Source of the DNA: an uncultured virus (IMG/VR IMGVR_UViG_3300029267_004181) | Lineage: Duplodnaviria > Heunggongvirae > Uroviricota > Caudoviricetes | Virus record (IMG/VR): IMGVR_UViG_3300029267_004181 | Length of the DNA: 64,000 nt | Strand: one strand, 5' to 3' | Part shown: positions 14,604-24,021 of the stretch, piece by piece | How the letters are laid out: every line of letters starts with the position of its first letter | How positions within the stretch are numbered: the first letter of the stretch is position 1 | The notes under the pieces: generated by a model | Database searches by the model: none | Seen by the model: only the letters and a program-made list of their open reading frames with translations | What the model was told of the DNA's origin: nothing | Position numbers and translations under genes: made by a program

Positions 14604-15026
14604 TCAGTCTGACAGCAGAGCCAGCAGCTCACTCGCCGCTTGGCGTGTCAGCTGCCACGACGAATACTCCTTCTTGATCAGAACGCCGTCGCCGCATCTG
14701 ATTTCGACGTACGGCCCGCTCGGGTCGTTCACTGCGGCCACTCCCGAGATAGCGGTGAAGTGGACACGCGCCTCGCTCTTGCCCGACACCAAGCGGAGTG
14801 ACTTGGCTACGACTGACCAGCTCTCGCTGGTTGTCGGTTCGTCAAGAGCGACGAAGATGTGATGTTGGCAGAGGTTGCGGTCTGCCTCGCAACGTACCAC
14901 CGTGCCCTTCACGCCGGGTGCGTCCTCGGCTACGATCTTTGCGGCACCGAATGATGCATCCCGCTGCACCCTTACGCGCGTGCCTACAACGACAGCGTCG
15001 GGCTGAATGACTGCCACATGCGACAT
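14604..15026 (-). CDS. Hypothetical protein
   Basis: AAGGAGG RBS. Confidence 0.7.
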   Translation of the reverse strand: MSHVAVIQPDAVVVGTRVRVQRDASFGAAKIVAEDAPGVKGTVVRCEADRNLCQHHIFVALDEPTTSESWSVVAKSLRLVSGKSEARVHFTAISGVAAVNDPSGPYVEIRCGDGVLIKKEYSSWQLTRQAASELLALLSD

Positions 15027-15118
15027 TTCGTCCTCCTTGCCAGTTCTTTACTGGCAATTAAGGCAAAAGCTGTAACTCGGTCCGGTTACAGCTAAGAAAT
15101 GGGGAATGGGTCTTAGCT

Positions 15119-15153
15119 AAAACAGAGAGGATGAAGCAACGCTTCATCCTCTC
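15119..15153 (-). terminator. Intrinsic terminator
   Basis: 13-bp stem GAGAGGATGAAGC/GCTTCATCCTCTC followed on the minus strand by TGTTTT, just after the stop at 15165. A second hairpin lies at 15068-15093. Confidence 0.7.
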
Positions 15154-15164
15154 CTTAGAGCCTC

Positions 15165-15875
15165 CTACTCCAGAGTTTCTGGAGTAGTCAGGGCCATGGT
15201 CGCTTGTTCCTGGTAATCCTGGTAATCTTTCTCAGGGATGTCGACCGTTTCCCAAACTACGTCCCGCGCATACCACTGCGCCCAATACACGTTTGGAGCA
15301 GTCACCGTACGCGCAGCCGCCACAACGCATGACGCTGCTCGATACGCAGCGTATAGCGGTCCATGCTCCGGCAAGCCCACCTCAGCCTCAGTCGCGTCGC
15401 CGGCCATGTGCCGGCTGATGGTAGCACAACAGCTCAGCAACGTCGCTGCGCCAGCCAAGTAACGGCGCAGAACGCTAACGCAGTCCTGCAAAGTCTGTGC
15501 GTCAGACGCTCCCTGACGCGCCGCCATTATCGTACCATCAACATCCCCCCGGGTTGCTTCGCCGTCGAGATAACGGCGAAGAACGCTAACGCAGTCCTGC
15601 ACACGGCTATCACCCGGCATTGCCGCCCCGTAAAGCGGTGCGACACGCTCCGCGAACCCGATGACTAGACAGACCATCGTCGAGCGCGGCAGCATCCGAG
15701 TCAGAACCCCCCACCTCTCTGTCCAAGGGGCGTCTGCGCCCAGTACCTCTAGCGCCGTTAACGACTCTCGCCCCGCGAACAGATTGACGATCCGCTCGCT
15801 CATCTCAACGCCGTCGCAGTACAGGCAGTCCACGCAACGGCACTCCACTTGCCCACAGACTGAGTGTATACTCAT
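15165..15875 (-). CDS. Imm5-like domain protein
   Basis: FAERV-x-PLY...PGD-x-R...RRYL-x-GE-x-T pattern followed by Ala-rich helices. QDCVSVLRRYL occurs twice. AAGGAG RBS before MSIHSVC. Confidence 0.6.
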   Translation of the reverse strand: MSIHSVCGQVECRCVDCLYCDGVEMSERIVNLFAGRESLTALEVLGADAPWTERWGVLTRMLPRSTMVCLVIGFAERVAPLYGAAMPGDSRVQDCVSVLRRYLDGEATRGDVDGTIMAARQGASDAQTLQDCVSVLRRYLAGAATLLSCCATISRHMAGDATEAEVGLPEHGPLYAAYRAASCVVAAARTVTAPNVYWAQWYARDVVWETVDIPEKDYQDYQEQATMALTTPETLE

Positions 15876-15989
15876 CGTCGTCTCCTTGCCAGGATGCCAG
15901 GAAATCGGCCGGCTCAAGTCCTGGCAGCTTGAGCCGGCCATGCAAACTTGATGGCAGCTAAAAGCAGGAATTGTTTCCAATTCCATGAG

Positions 15990-16100
15990 AGCTGATAGCC
16001 ACCATCTTCTCTCATATAAATATAACGCGTTTTGGGGGTCGAATTAAGCGCTTTCAGGAGCCTCTTGAAACCGCTAAAATAGGGCGTGGAAAGGAGCTTG
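15990..16100. promoter_or_regulatory. Divergent promoter region (position-based call)
   Basis: Gap between the minus-strand accessory chain and the lone plus-strand gene, containing the AT-rich patch CATATAAATATAAC. Exact -10/-35 elements not assigned. Confidence 0.35.
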
Positions 16101-16102
16101 CC

Positions 16103-17617
16103 TTGATTCAAACAGACGACGAGGGCTACCTGATAGCTCATACAGACGGCTCAGTAATACGAGATCTGTGTGTGCCGTGCACGCCTTGGAATATTATCAT
16201 GGACGATTACGAGATATCAGTAGCTGGCTACGAAGATTTCTGGAGCGACTTCTATCCTCTCAAGAAGCGCGCAAACGAAGACGCAGTTGAGCTTCTTGAA
16301 TACGACACCCCACAAAGCCTGTATATTCCCCCCGCCGGAGGTCAGATAGGAGGCCTCGCTAATATCGACTCACGGCTTCGAATGATTCATTCCGGCAGAA
16401 CAAACAAGCGACCGAACTGGCTGGTATACCTTCATCCCAACTGCATAGGCAAAGGCTCCAGCTGGAGACCCTGGCCAGACGAGATGCCATCTGATGTGCC
16501 AACAATGTACCGGCATACTGTGCCGGGCGTGTACGATGAAAACCCCAAATTCTGGGCATATCAGTCCTCGTACAAGATCATGTGGAATTTTGCGGTCGAA
16601 GGATGGCCTGATTTATCATGCGTAAAGCCGCCTCGGCACTTTCATAGATTTACCAACTGGCGATCTAACACCGACGATTGCAACTGGGATGTTTTTGACT
16701 GCGGTGATACTATACCTTGGCGTTGCGGTTTTCTCACGTGGGATATGTGGCTCATGTCCTCATACGGACCAGGCGAAAAGATAGACAAACGCATTCTGCT
16801 GTTCTTCACAAATAAGCATGTCGGCGCCACGTCAAATCCAATGATTCTCATGACACCGGAACTTTTCCACAGACACCAGCCCACACTCGGCACTGTCAAT
16901 AAGTATGTGTTCGAGGTCACGTGCCTGAACGGATGGTACCCTATCTTGGACGAAGGGTCGTGCAACCTGCTGTCATGCATCCTGAGACAGTGCGTTTGCT
17001 CCGACTGTGGACGAGTGCAAGAAATTTCACCGCTAGAGTACGATGACTGGTCTGCATTTGTTGCAGGCGCCGGCTCTGTATGTACCGGAGTCTGCCCCAG
17101 CTGTGGAGGCGCAATGCAGCCTGGACACTGCTTCGCAGATCCCTGTTTCATCGCGCCGCTGTTCCGTTTGCGTATTTGGAGGTGTGAAGCTGACAACCCC
17201 ACCCAAACAATAGATTTCACCGAGCCTTATTACGACACAGGCTTTCTGGTAATAGACAGAGTCACGTCAGGAGCGCCGGATATGCCGCGGTGGTCTCAGT
17301 GGGTAAACAACTTTGCGCACTATACTCATGACCACTATCGTAATCCTACATCTTCTACCGACGAGTGTGATCGCGTAAAAGCGCGCCTATACATGGATTA
17401 CATATTGCACGACCCTATTCAATACACTGAACATGATAACTATACTTTTGCCGGCGCAGGGCCGCCTTCCTGGTGCAAATACAGTTCCTACATACGAGAT
17501 GGTATGGTTCACGGCGGCTCGCGTACGCCTTTAGGACAGTGGTTCACCAGAACGGATGTAGACTGGACTGAGATTGACCCGGCTATAGACCCTACTGACG
17601 ATGGCGTAGTTCCTTAG
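16103..17617 (+). CDS. Trp/Cys/Asp-rich hypothetical protein, 504 aa (only long plus-strand gene)
   Basis: AAGGAG RBS before a TTG start. Contains C-x-x-C...CP-x-CGG; followed by a terminator. Confidence 0.85.
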   Translation: MIQTDDEGYLIAHTDGSVIRDLCVPCTPWNIIMDDYEISVAGYEDFWSDFYPLKKRANEDAVELLEYDTPQSLYIPPAGGQIGGLANIDSRLRMIHSGRTNKRPNWLVYLHPNCIGKGSSWRPWPDEMPSDVPTMYRHTVPGVYDENPKFWAYQSSYKIMWNFAVEGWPDLSCVKPPRHFHRFTNWRSNTDDCNWDVFDCGDTIPWRCGFLTWDMWLMSSYGPGEKIDKRILLFFTNKHVGATSNPMILMTPELFHRHQPTLGTVNKYVFEVTCLNGWYPILDEGSCNLLSCILRQCVCSDCGRVQEISPLEYDDWSAFVAGAGSVCTGVCPSCGGAMQPGHCFADPCFIAPLFRLRIWRCEADNPTQTIDFTEPYYDTGFLVIDRVTSGAPDMPRWSQWVNNFAHYTHDHYRNPTSSTDECDRVKARLYMDYILHDPIQYTEHDNYTFAGAGPPSWCKYSSYIRDGMVHGGSRTPLGQWFTRTDVDWTEIDPAIDPTDDGVVP

Positions 17618-17637
17618 TTGTTTACGTGCGTACATAG

Positions 17638-17671
17638 AAAAACGGGCTGGTAACCAGCCCGTTTTTTTTTT
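17638..17671. terminator. Bidirectional intrinsic terminator
   Basis: AAAAA-CGGGCTGG-TAA-CCAGCCCG-TTTTTTTTTT between convergent genes. Confidence 0.92.
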
Positions 17672-17685
17672 AGCTATCAGCCTGC

Positions 17686-17883
17686 TTAAGGTACGAGATC
17701 CGGTATGGCGCTATCTTCTGTCTCGGGAACTTTTAGGCTTTCTTCCTGTTTCTTAGCTATATCACCTCTAATACGATCGTCCAACCAGCGCAGAACGCGC
17801 AGCCTTGCCTGCTGTGATAATGGTGTAAGCGTCCGTACCATAGTTTGTATGGCCTTTATTTCAGGGTCAAGCTTCCTGGGCAT
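17686..17883 (-). CDS. Hypothetical protein
   Basis: GGAGG RBS; last gene before the terminator. Confidence 0.65.
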   Translation of the reverse strand: MPRKLDPEIKAIQTMVRTLTPLSQQARLRVLRWLDDRIRGDIAKKQEESLKVPETEDSAIPDLVP

Positions 17884-18310
17884 TATGTTCGGCCTCCAAG
17901 TTATCGAGATGCCGACGAAGAATCTCGCCTATGTTGATAGTGCTGCTTATTTCCGGCTTTGCTGGCGGCTGTGCTTCAGCTGCTTCAGAAATACTGAACG
18001 AAGCCGCCACAGAGCCGTCCTCCTCGATGAATGAAATATACACGCTATCGCAAATAGCTATGACTTCCGCCTTGTTCCTGATAGCCAGAACAACCAGGTC
18101 GGATGCCATCATGCCTAAGCCTGCGGCTTCTAACAGCTGTGCCACACGCAGATACGCAGGAATATCCTGCTGACGGATGCCTAGCTCCAGCAGAACCGTC
18201 TGGAATACAAATCCAGCAGCTCTCATATGCATTTGCTGGATATTAGATGAAGCCTGGCTGCCGGGCCTGGCCGGCTGGGCCTGCTGCATCGATCTGGGAA
18301 CGCTTCTCAT
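17867..18310 (-). CDS. Hypothetical protein
   Basis: AGGAG RBS; fits the gene chain. Confidence 0.65.
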   Translation of the reverse strand: MRSVPRSMQQAQPARPGSQASSNIQQMHMRAAGFVFQTVLLELGIRQQDIPAYLRVAQLLEAAGLGMMASDLVVLAIRNKAEVIAICDSVYISFIEEDGSVAASFSISEAAEAQPPAKPEISSTINIGEILRRHLDNLEAEHNAQEA

Positions 18311-18319
18311 ACCCTGCTC

Positions 18320-18544
18320 CTACCAAACATGCGTCATTTCAAATCGAGCACAATACTTGCAGATTCCCTCGTCGTAATAAGCGCGTGGAGGATTACACGC
18401 GTTCACCGGAATGCCCAGCTCCTTGCGGCTGTTCCACGCCAGAGTCTGTGCTTCCTTGGAAATAGCTTCAGCAAAGGTATCACACTCCAGAATCATAATT
18501 CCAACGTCACCGTCTATCCTGGTATCACGTACTTTTATTGCCAT
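18320..18544 (-). CDS. Hypothetical protein
   Basis: AAGGAG RBS; fits the gene chain. Confidence 0.6.
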   Translation of the reverse strand: MAIKVRDTRIDGDVGIMILECDTFAEAISKEAQTLAWNSRKELGIPVNACNPPRAYYDEGICKYCARFEMTHVW

Positions 18545-18559
18545 CTACTGCTTTCTCCT

Positions 18560-18841
18560 TTAGCCAGCAAACTTGATAGGCTTGCCTTTCTTGTAGTACG
18601 TAAATTCGAGCTTATCGCAGTTTGCCAGCTTTTTGAATGCGGCCAGATCTGCAGGCGCCAATCCTGCTATCTTAGCCTTTATAGCGCTGGGTGTATCACC
18701 CAGCCGCGTACGTTTACGACTACACCTTCTACAGCCCTTGGTAACACGAACAGGTATAAGCCCTGGAAATTTTGATGCCAGACCCTTGTTCGTGCCCATG
18801 CGCTGTAGCACACGACTGTTTACGTAGCAAACAGGTCTCAT
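18560..18841 (-). CDS. Small basic protein with C-x-x-C
   Basis: Lys/Arg-rich, GCRRC; start preceded by the palindromic TTGCTAG-GA-CTAGCAA motif. Confidence 0.65.
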   Translation of the reverse strand: MRPVCYVNSRVLQRMGTNKGLASKFPGLIPVRVTKGCRRCSRKRTRLGDTPSAIKAKIAGLAPADLAAFKKLANCDKLEFTYYKKGKPIKFAG

Positions 18842-18862
18842 TTTGCTAGTCCTAGCAATTTG

Positions 18863-19312
18863 TTATGAACTACTAGACGAAGAAGACGAGGACGAAGATG
18901 GGGCTGCCTCGCTGCCTGCCTGCGCTGTATAGCTGGTCTCGCTGTCTACGGTATCTATCGCATTCAAAGTATCGACCAGCAAATCTATATCGTCCTGGAT
19001 CTTAGCCCAGGTATCGGTCAATACATCCATTGACCTGAATAGTAAGCTGACTGAGTTGCGTCTAAACCACTGTGAATCTGCAGGATTAGGCGCATCCTCC
19101 GGATATTCTTCCAGATCAACCGGCGAGGCAATAGCTTCAAACCGATCTTCTGACGAGGAGGAGCCAGGATAAGTAGGCAAACGCCTGTAGACAAAAATAG
19201 CAGGGCTTACACCCACAGCACTGTCTACACTGATATCGAGACGAAATCCACCATCATATAGAGGATCTTTGTAGAAAGTTCGTGTATAGTCGATTCGTAT
19301 CATAACCGGCAT
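18863..19312 (-). CDS. Hypothetical (probable virion) protein with C-terminal poly-Ser
   Basis: Acidic ORF ending in 11 Ser residues. Start set at MPVMIRI. Confidence 0.75.
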   Translation of the reverse strand: MPVMIRIDYTRTFYKDPLYDGGFRLDISVDSAVGVSPAIFVYRRLPTYPGSSSSEDRFEAIASPVDLEEYPEDAPNPADSQWFRRNSVSLLFRSMDVLTDTWAKIQDDIDLLVDTLNAIDTVDSETSYTAQAGSEAAPSSSSSSSSSSS

Positions 19313-19335
19313 CCTACCACACTTGCCTGGCCTCG

Positions 19336-19686
19336 TCAACTCCAGTCCGCAGTAAATGACATAAGCGGCCTGATCAAGAACACACCTGCCTTGGATGCGC
19401 TTACAGGCAGCCCGGTAACGAGCATTGTCATGCTGCGCGTAATAGGCCAGAATCGTGCAGGCACGCTTGAGCACCCTGCATGCTTTATGCAGCTTGACAT
19501 TATTGACATAGTCTGTTCATTGACCTGAAACGTAATAGCCAGCGGAGAGCTGTATGCTGACAAGGAGTGCATAAAAGACCTTCCACGACTATTCGAAGCC
19601 TGACTATGTTTGCCTCGTTCATGCGGATTTCCCGTTCCAGCTGTGTCACAACCAAAATTGCGCGCTACCGCCGGAAATAAGATCAA
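19336..19686 (-). CDS. Hypothetical protein, paralog of 19683-19985
   Basis: TTG start after GGAGAG, overlapping the upstream stop. ILFP-x-VAR-x-x-G...MHS-x-S...GCS is shared with the neighbour. Confidence 0.55.
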   Translation of the reverse strand: MILFPAVARNFGCDTAGTGNPHERGKHSQASNSRGRSFMHSLSAYSSPLAITFQVNEQTMSIMSSCIKHAGCSSVPARFWPITRSMTMLVTGLPVSASKAGVFLIRPLMSFTADWS

Positions 19687-19985
19687 GACTCTCTCCACCA
19701 TAAAGGCTTGCGGTTCGAAACGGATCTGGGCGGCATTGTACCACACCACGCGCGACTACGCGTGCGACGCCTTAATTCAGAATTCGCCGCTGAGCAGCCT
19801 TCTACTGTAGGCATTCTGCCGTGTCCTTGCCCGTCTAGTAACACAGGCAAATAGAAACGAGAAACCGAATGCATGTATTTTGCTGTACTGCCACTGCTAC
19901 AATGACTAAATCTGTAAGGTTCGTACGTAGGTGCCGTCGGAGCTCTGTACCCGTATTTACGAGCAACTACAGGAAACAGGATCAT
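19683..19985 (-). CDS. Hypothetical protein, paralog of 19336-19686
   Basis: AGGAGGT RBS; shared ILFP-x-VAR motif. Confidence 0.6.
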   Translation of the reverse strand: MILFPVVARKYGYRAPTAPTYEPYRFSHCSSGSTAKYMHSVSRFYLPVLLDGQGHGRMPTVEGCSAANSELRRRTRSRAWCGTMPPRSVSNRKPLWWRES

Positions 19986-19993
19986 CGTACCTC

Positions 19994-22033
19994 CTATACG
20001 CTTACGTCTTTGCTGCTCGGGCCTCGCCTATCAGCGTCGCTGATTTTCACAAACATTTTTTGCTTGTTATTTGCTACAGCCCGATAACACTGTTTCATCG
20101 GATCACACTTGCCTTCGGACCACTGCCACAGGGCGGCTCCTAGCATCACATCTCCTCCGTTGTGTATAATTTCAGGATCAGGCCAATTAAGTTCGCGCAG
20201 TACATCTATATCGCAAAACCAGAATCCGCCGGTCATAAACTCTACCTTCCAGCTGTGTTTGGCGGGATTGATCTTGTACGGCACTCCTGCATACCACGGC
20301 CTGCTGCGTATCCACTTTTGCCTGTCCGCCTTGATCCACTGAAAATACCTCTTGCCGTAACATACGGCACCCTTGCAGTAATTAGCCGCCACCATCTTCT
20401 GTGCCGCCTCGAACCAAGGCTGCGTAAACCAGCTGTCGTCATCAAGCCATAACATCCATTTCGTCTCAACACGAGGCAACATACGCCGCATTGTAGGATA
20501 CTTGTACGGACCTTTATCTGGATCTTCAGTCACCAGCTCGAATGGTACCTTGGCATTAGCCAGCACGTGCTGCGCATAATCATAAGACTGCTTGCTCAAG
20601 TTATTACAACCTACAATAACCTTTTTTAAAGCCTTGCCAGGTGTGTTCGCCAGCAACGAATCCAGACACCGCCGATGCATCTGATGCATCGTAATATTCG
20701 GCCCCTTCTTGATTTTGATAACTTGATTGGCATCGGGACCAAAAAGCAAGACGCAGGCTGTCAACTCAGTAAGCTCGCCAGATATCGAAGGCGCTGCCTT
20801 GACTTTGGGCGCAGCTTTTGCCTTTGGGGCTTGTGGCTTGGCTGCAGGCGCTGGCTGTGTCCGCGGCTGCGCGGGCGAGGGCGCCTCCGCCCTGGCTACG
20901 AGAGCGTTTATATCTGTCTGCAATTCATTTGCCAGCTTGGTCACATCTTTCAGCTTGCTACGCATCTGCTCCAGTGACTGTCGTATTGTGCTGTAATCAT
21001 TAGGAGAAGACGGAACCGCCATACTTACTACCTCCTTACCTGTCTGTAAACGTTTTCGCACATACTCCTGTCCTTCTATCCAAGCAGCTATTCTAACAGG
21101 TGAGATTTCGCCTGACCGGTATTTGAGCACGCCGTTTACTACGTCGTCAGGTGAAATCACTGACAAGCATTCTGGCTGCGGTATAGTACCAGTAAGCACC
21201 GGTCTGGAACACAGCTTGTCTGCTGGGCATCCGCTCTTTTTAACATGATTCTTCCAGCATCCGTCGTTTGTGCAGCAGGGAAACCTGCCCATCGTCTCCA
21301 GAAACACGTGACCCTCGTACTTCTCCCACCAGGGAGGCTCACGTCCGCCTGAGACTACGACGCACGGCACGCCGCAGGCCGCAGCCAGGTGCATAGACGC
21401 AGTTACTACACACATGACACCGGACGCATGCAGCACCAGCCGCATCAGATCTCTGAAATCGGGCGTCTTGCCCACCAGATTGACTACGCCGGTCAACGGT
21501 GGATGAACATGATGTCCCGGTACTTTCTTGCTCTTCAAGCCCACCTGCACCACGGTTATGCCAAGCTTGTTTAGCTTGTCAACCACAGCCTGCCACTTGG
21601 CCGGATCCCACCATTTAGCTGTGAAATCCCTCTTGCCGCCGCTGAGCATCAACCAATACGGTCTGTCAGGAAATACGTTACGTAACAGCGTCTCAGGACG
21701 AAACAGCTCTGTCTCAGTAAAATAGATATCTGCCCAATTATTAGTATGCGGAATCGGGCGTCCTATTTTGCCGGCTAGAAACTCTCCGAAAGCTCGTATG
21801 AAATGAAAATCGTGCCGTTCGCCTACACACTGAATGGCAGGATACTGCATCTTTATCCGACGACCGTTTGCTTTCAACGTAACAAACGGATTGTTCTGCC
21901 AGATGCAAGTACAGCTGCCACCAACTGATGTCTGATACTGACCGGGATACGCCTTGTGCAGATCCCTTACAGCAGCGGTAAACATCAGGATATCACCAGG
22001 TGCCTGATGATTGAACAAGTGCAAACGTTCCAT
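19994..22033 (-). CDS. Two-domain glycosyltransferase: GT9 (heptosyltransferase-like, GT-B) plus GT-A/GT2-like domain, 679 aa
   Basis: N-terminal PGD-x-LM-x-T-x-AVR-x-L, K-x-W...WQ-x-V and NLVGKT...MHLAAA-x-GVP-x-VV. Coiled-coil and Pro/Ala/Lys linker. C-terminal WMLWLDDDS (DxD), TGGFW and GGD-x-x-LG. Confidence 0.88.
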   Translation of the reverse strand: MERLHLFNHQAPGDILMFTAAVRDLHKAYPGQYQTSVGGSCTCIWQNNPFVTLKANGRRIKMQYPAIQCVGERHDFHFIRAFGEFLAGKIGRPIPHTNNWADIYFTETELFRPETLLRNVFPDRPYWLMLSGGKRDFTAKWWDPAKWQAVVDKLNKLGITVVQVGLKSKKVPGHHVHPPLTGVVNLVGKTPDFRDLMRLVLHASGVMCVVTASMHLAAACGVPCVVVSGGREPPWWEKYEGHVFLETMGRFPCCTNDGCWKNHVKKSGCPADKLCSRPVLTGTIPQPECLSVISPDDVVNGVLKYRSGEISPVRIAAWIEGQEYVRKRLQTGKEVVSMAVPSSPNDYSTIRQSLEQMRSKLKDVTKLANELQTDINALVARAEAPSPAQPRTQPAPAAKPQAPKAKAAPKVKAAPSISGELTELTACVLLFGPDANQVIKIKKGPNITMHQMHRRCLDSLLANTPGKALKKVIVGCNNLSKQSYDYAQHVLANAKVPFELVTEDPDKGPYKYPTMRRMLPRVETKWMLWLDDDSWFTQPWFEAAQKMVAANYCKGAVCYGKRYFQWIKADRQKWIRSRPWYAGVPYKINPAKHSWKVEFMTGGFWFCDIDVLRELNWPDPEIIHNGGDVMLGAALWQWSEGKCDPMKQCYRAVANNKQKMFVKISDADRRGPSSKDVSV

Positions 22034-22035
22034 TG

Positions 22036-23085
22036 CTACTCACACATCCAGGGCCGATGCGGCTCGTATGGTCTGTCGCCATACGGGAACACTGTGCCAA
22101 AGCCGCCAAAGTCAGGCCCTTCATAACAGTACCTCGGGCTGAATACCCAGTAAGGCCAGCACCTATCACTTCCGTGCGGCTGGCACGCATCTTCCTGCTC
22201 GACTCGTACCAACTCGCCGACTTCGTTGAAATAAAGTATGCGCCAGCTTTTCAGTATAGTGTCGTTTTTCTCTTCCCAGGTTTTCTCGGCACAGTCGGGG
22301 TTGTCCTCGCGATAGGGCGGGCCTTCACAATCCAGCCACTCCTGATATACATCGGTCAGCACTCTTACTTTTACGCCGGCGCGACGCGTCAGCCCCAATT
22401 CAAAACGATTCCAGGTGCCGTTGGGATCATCGGTTAGATCCACGAAGTAGGGGTCGTATGCCGGACTATATCCCTGTATCCAGGTCCTGTCCTCTGAGTA
22501 TTTATGCGTACCTACAGGCACAAAATTAACATACGGCACATTGCCGACAATAAAGCCAAACGTACATAACGGAAATCGCCAGCCTATCTGGCAATCTTTG
22601 CGCTGCCACTGATCGTCGCCTACTAGAGGAAACGTAGAAATGCCCAGCCCGCCTCCTGCGCCTACCGCGCCAGAATATTCTGTCCCATCGAACGCCCACA
22701 CCCTGCCTGACAACGTATCCATATTACGCAGATGCTTGAGTGTGTAAAATCCACCGCCTTCGATGCCATACACGGCGATGAATCTGTTGTCTCCGGACGT
22801 AGGAATTTGTAACTGCAAATCTATCAGCGGCTGGGCGGGATCCCCATCTTGCGCTGTAACTGTAGGCTCCAAACCCCAATCAGAATGCCCTGTGAGCGAG
22901 ACGTCGGTTGTCCAGTCGGGCAGATGACATCCGAGCATACGCCAGTGCTCGTGGTTCAGCTGATCAGATCTGAATGCTCTGGAAACCCCTCCTGGAGATG
23001 TGACCGCAGGATCCGTCACAACGCCTACAACAAACGGCTGTGGTAGCGCAACATCAATACAGTCGCGTGCCCGAAAATCGCTCAT
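22036..23085 (-). CDS. Putative tail/baseplate-associated protein, paralog of 23088-24017
   Basis: Shares VTDP-x-V...LGC-x-LP...DW-x-L-x-x-x-VTA-x-D...P-x-ID and the C-terminal NE-x-G-x-L; located in the structural module. Confidence 0.65.
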   Translation of the reverse strand: MSDFRARDCIDVALPQPFVVGVVTDPAVTSPGGVSRAFRSDQLNHEHWRMLGCHLPDWTTDVSLTGHSDWGLEPTVTAQDGDPAQPLIDLQLQIPTSGDNRFIAVYGIEGGGFYTLKHLRNMDTLSGRVWAFDGTEYSGAVGAGGGLGISTFPLVGDDQWQRKDCQIGWRFPLCTFGFIVGNVPYVNFVPVGTHKYSEDRTWIQGYSPAYDPYFVDLTDDPNGTWNRFELGLTRRAGVKVRVLTDVYQEWLDCEGPPYREDNPDCAEKTWEEKNDTILKSWRILYFNEVGELVRVEQEDACQPHGSDRCWPYWVFSPRYCYEGPDFGGFGTVFPYGDRPYEPHRPWMCE

Positions 23086-23087
23086 TC

Positions 23088-24017
23088 TCAGCTCGACCCT
23101 TCATAATTACATTCATAGGCTACAAACACCGTATAGTCATCAGGCGCAGCCTGTACTGCAACCAGGGGTGTTTCTTGCGATATGAAATCCAGCTGACCCA
23201 ATTCGTTGTAAATAAACGTGCGACTCAGGAACAGACATCGATTTGACATTTCAGGCGGATCGCTGTCGTCTACGAAATGTCGATGATAGAACACGTCGGT
23301 AGGCGTCTGCAGATACACACCCTTCGACCCTTCGGTTCCAAATCTTTGCCAGCTGTCAGTATCCTGCTGACCCAAAGTACTTGCCAGCACCTCCAAATAC
23401 GGATAAGTGATCCCGCCTCCGCCCGCGTACCAGTCCGCTTCCGGGTCGGCATAGGCCAGCAATGCGACTACATTGTCAGGATCCGTAGAGACCATGTGCC
23501 CTAGCTGCCCGCGCCCTCCAGACCCGCCTGTGTAAGGCGTTATATTCCAGTCGCCTGCAGCTGTATCACCGGCCAGTCTGCAATTCTCAAAGATCATCCC
23601 GCCGGACCCTTCAGGAACAGGCGTACCTTCGTAATCACAGGTCTGGAAATCCCAGGTGCCAGCATAATCACCAACCGCTATGCAAACCACCAGGTCAGAA
23701 TCCGTTGTGGACGGTACGGTAAGCTCAATATCTATCTCCGGCTTGCACGGATTGTCATCATATGCCGTTACATCTGCAGTCAGATCCCAATCAGCGCCTG
23801 CTACCACTGACGTATTGACGATGGGCAAATAACAGCCCAACATGCCCGGCAACCGCGGCAGCATATCAGTCATCGCCGGCATGCGCGCAACGGACGAAGG
23901 CGCAGGAGAAACTTCCGGATCGGTTACGATATGAATCGACCACGCATCGGGAATATCCTCTTGCTCAACGCAGTACGTGCCGTCTACGTATGTATGCCTG
24001 GAAAACGCCTTTGCCAT
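23088..24017 (-). CDS. Putative tail/baseplate-associated protein
   Basis: Paralog of 22036-23085. Confidence 0.65.
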   Translation of the reverse strand: MAKAFSRHTYVDGTYCVEQEDIPDAWSIHIVTDPEVSPAPSSVARMPAMTDMLPRLPGMLGCYLPIVNTSVVAGADWDLTADVTAYDDNPCKPEIDIELTVPSTTDSDLVVCIAVGDYAGTWDFQTCDYEGTPVPEGSGGMIFENCRLAGDTAAGDWNITPYTGGSGGRGQLGHMVSTDPDNVVALLAYADPEADWYAGGGGITYPYLEVLASTLGQQDTDSWQRFGTEGSKGVYLQTPTDVFYHRHFVDDSDPPEMSNRCLFLSRTFIYNELGQLDFISQETPLVAVQAAPDDYTVFVAYECNYEGSS

Positions 24018-24021
24018 GCTA

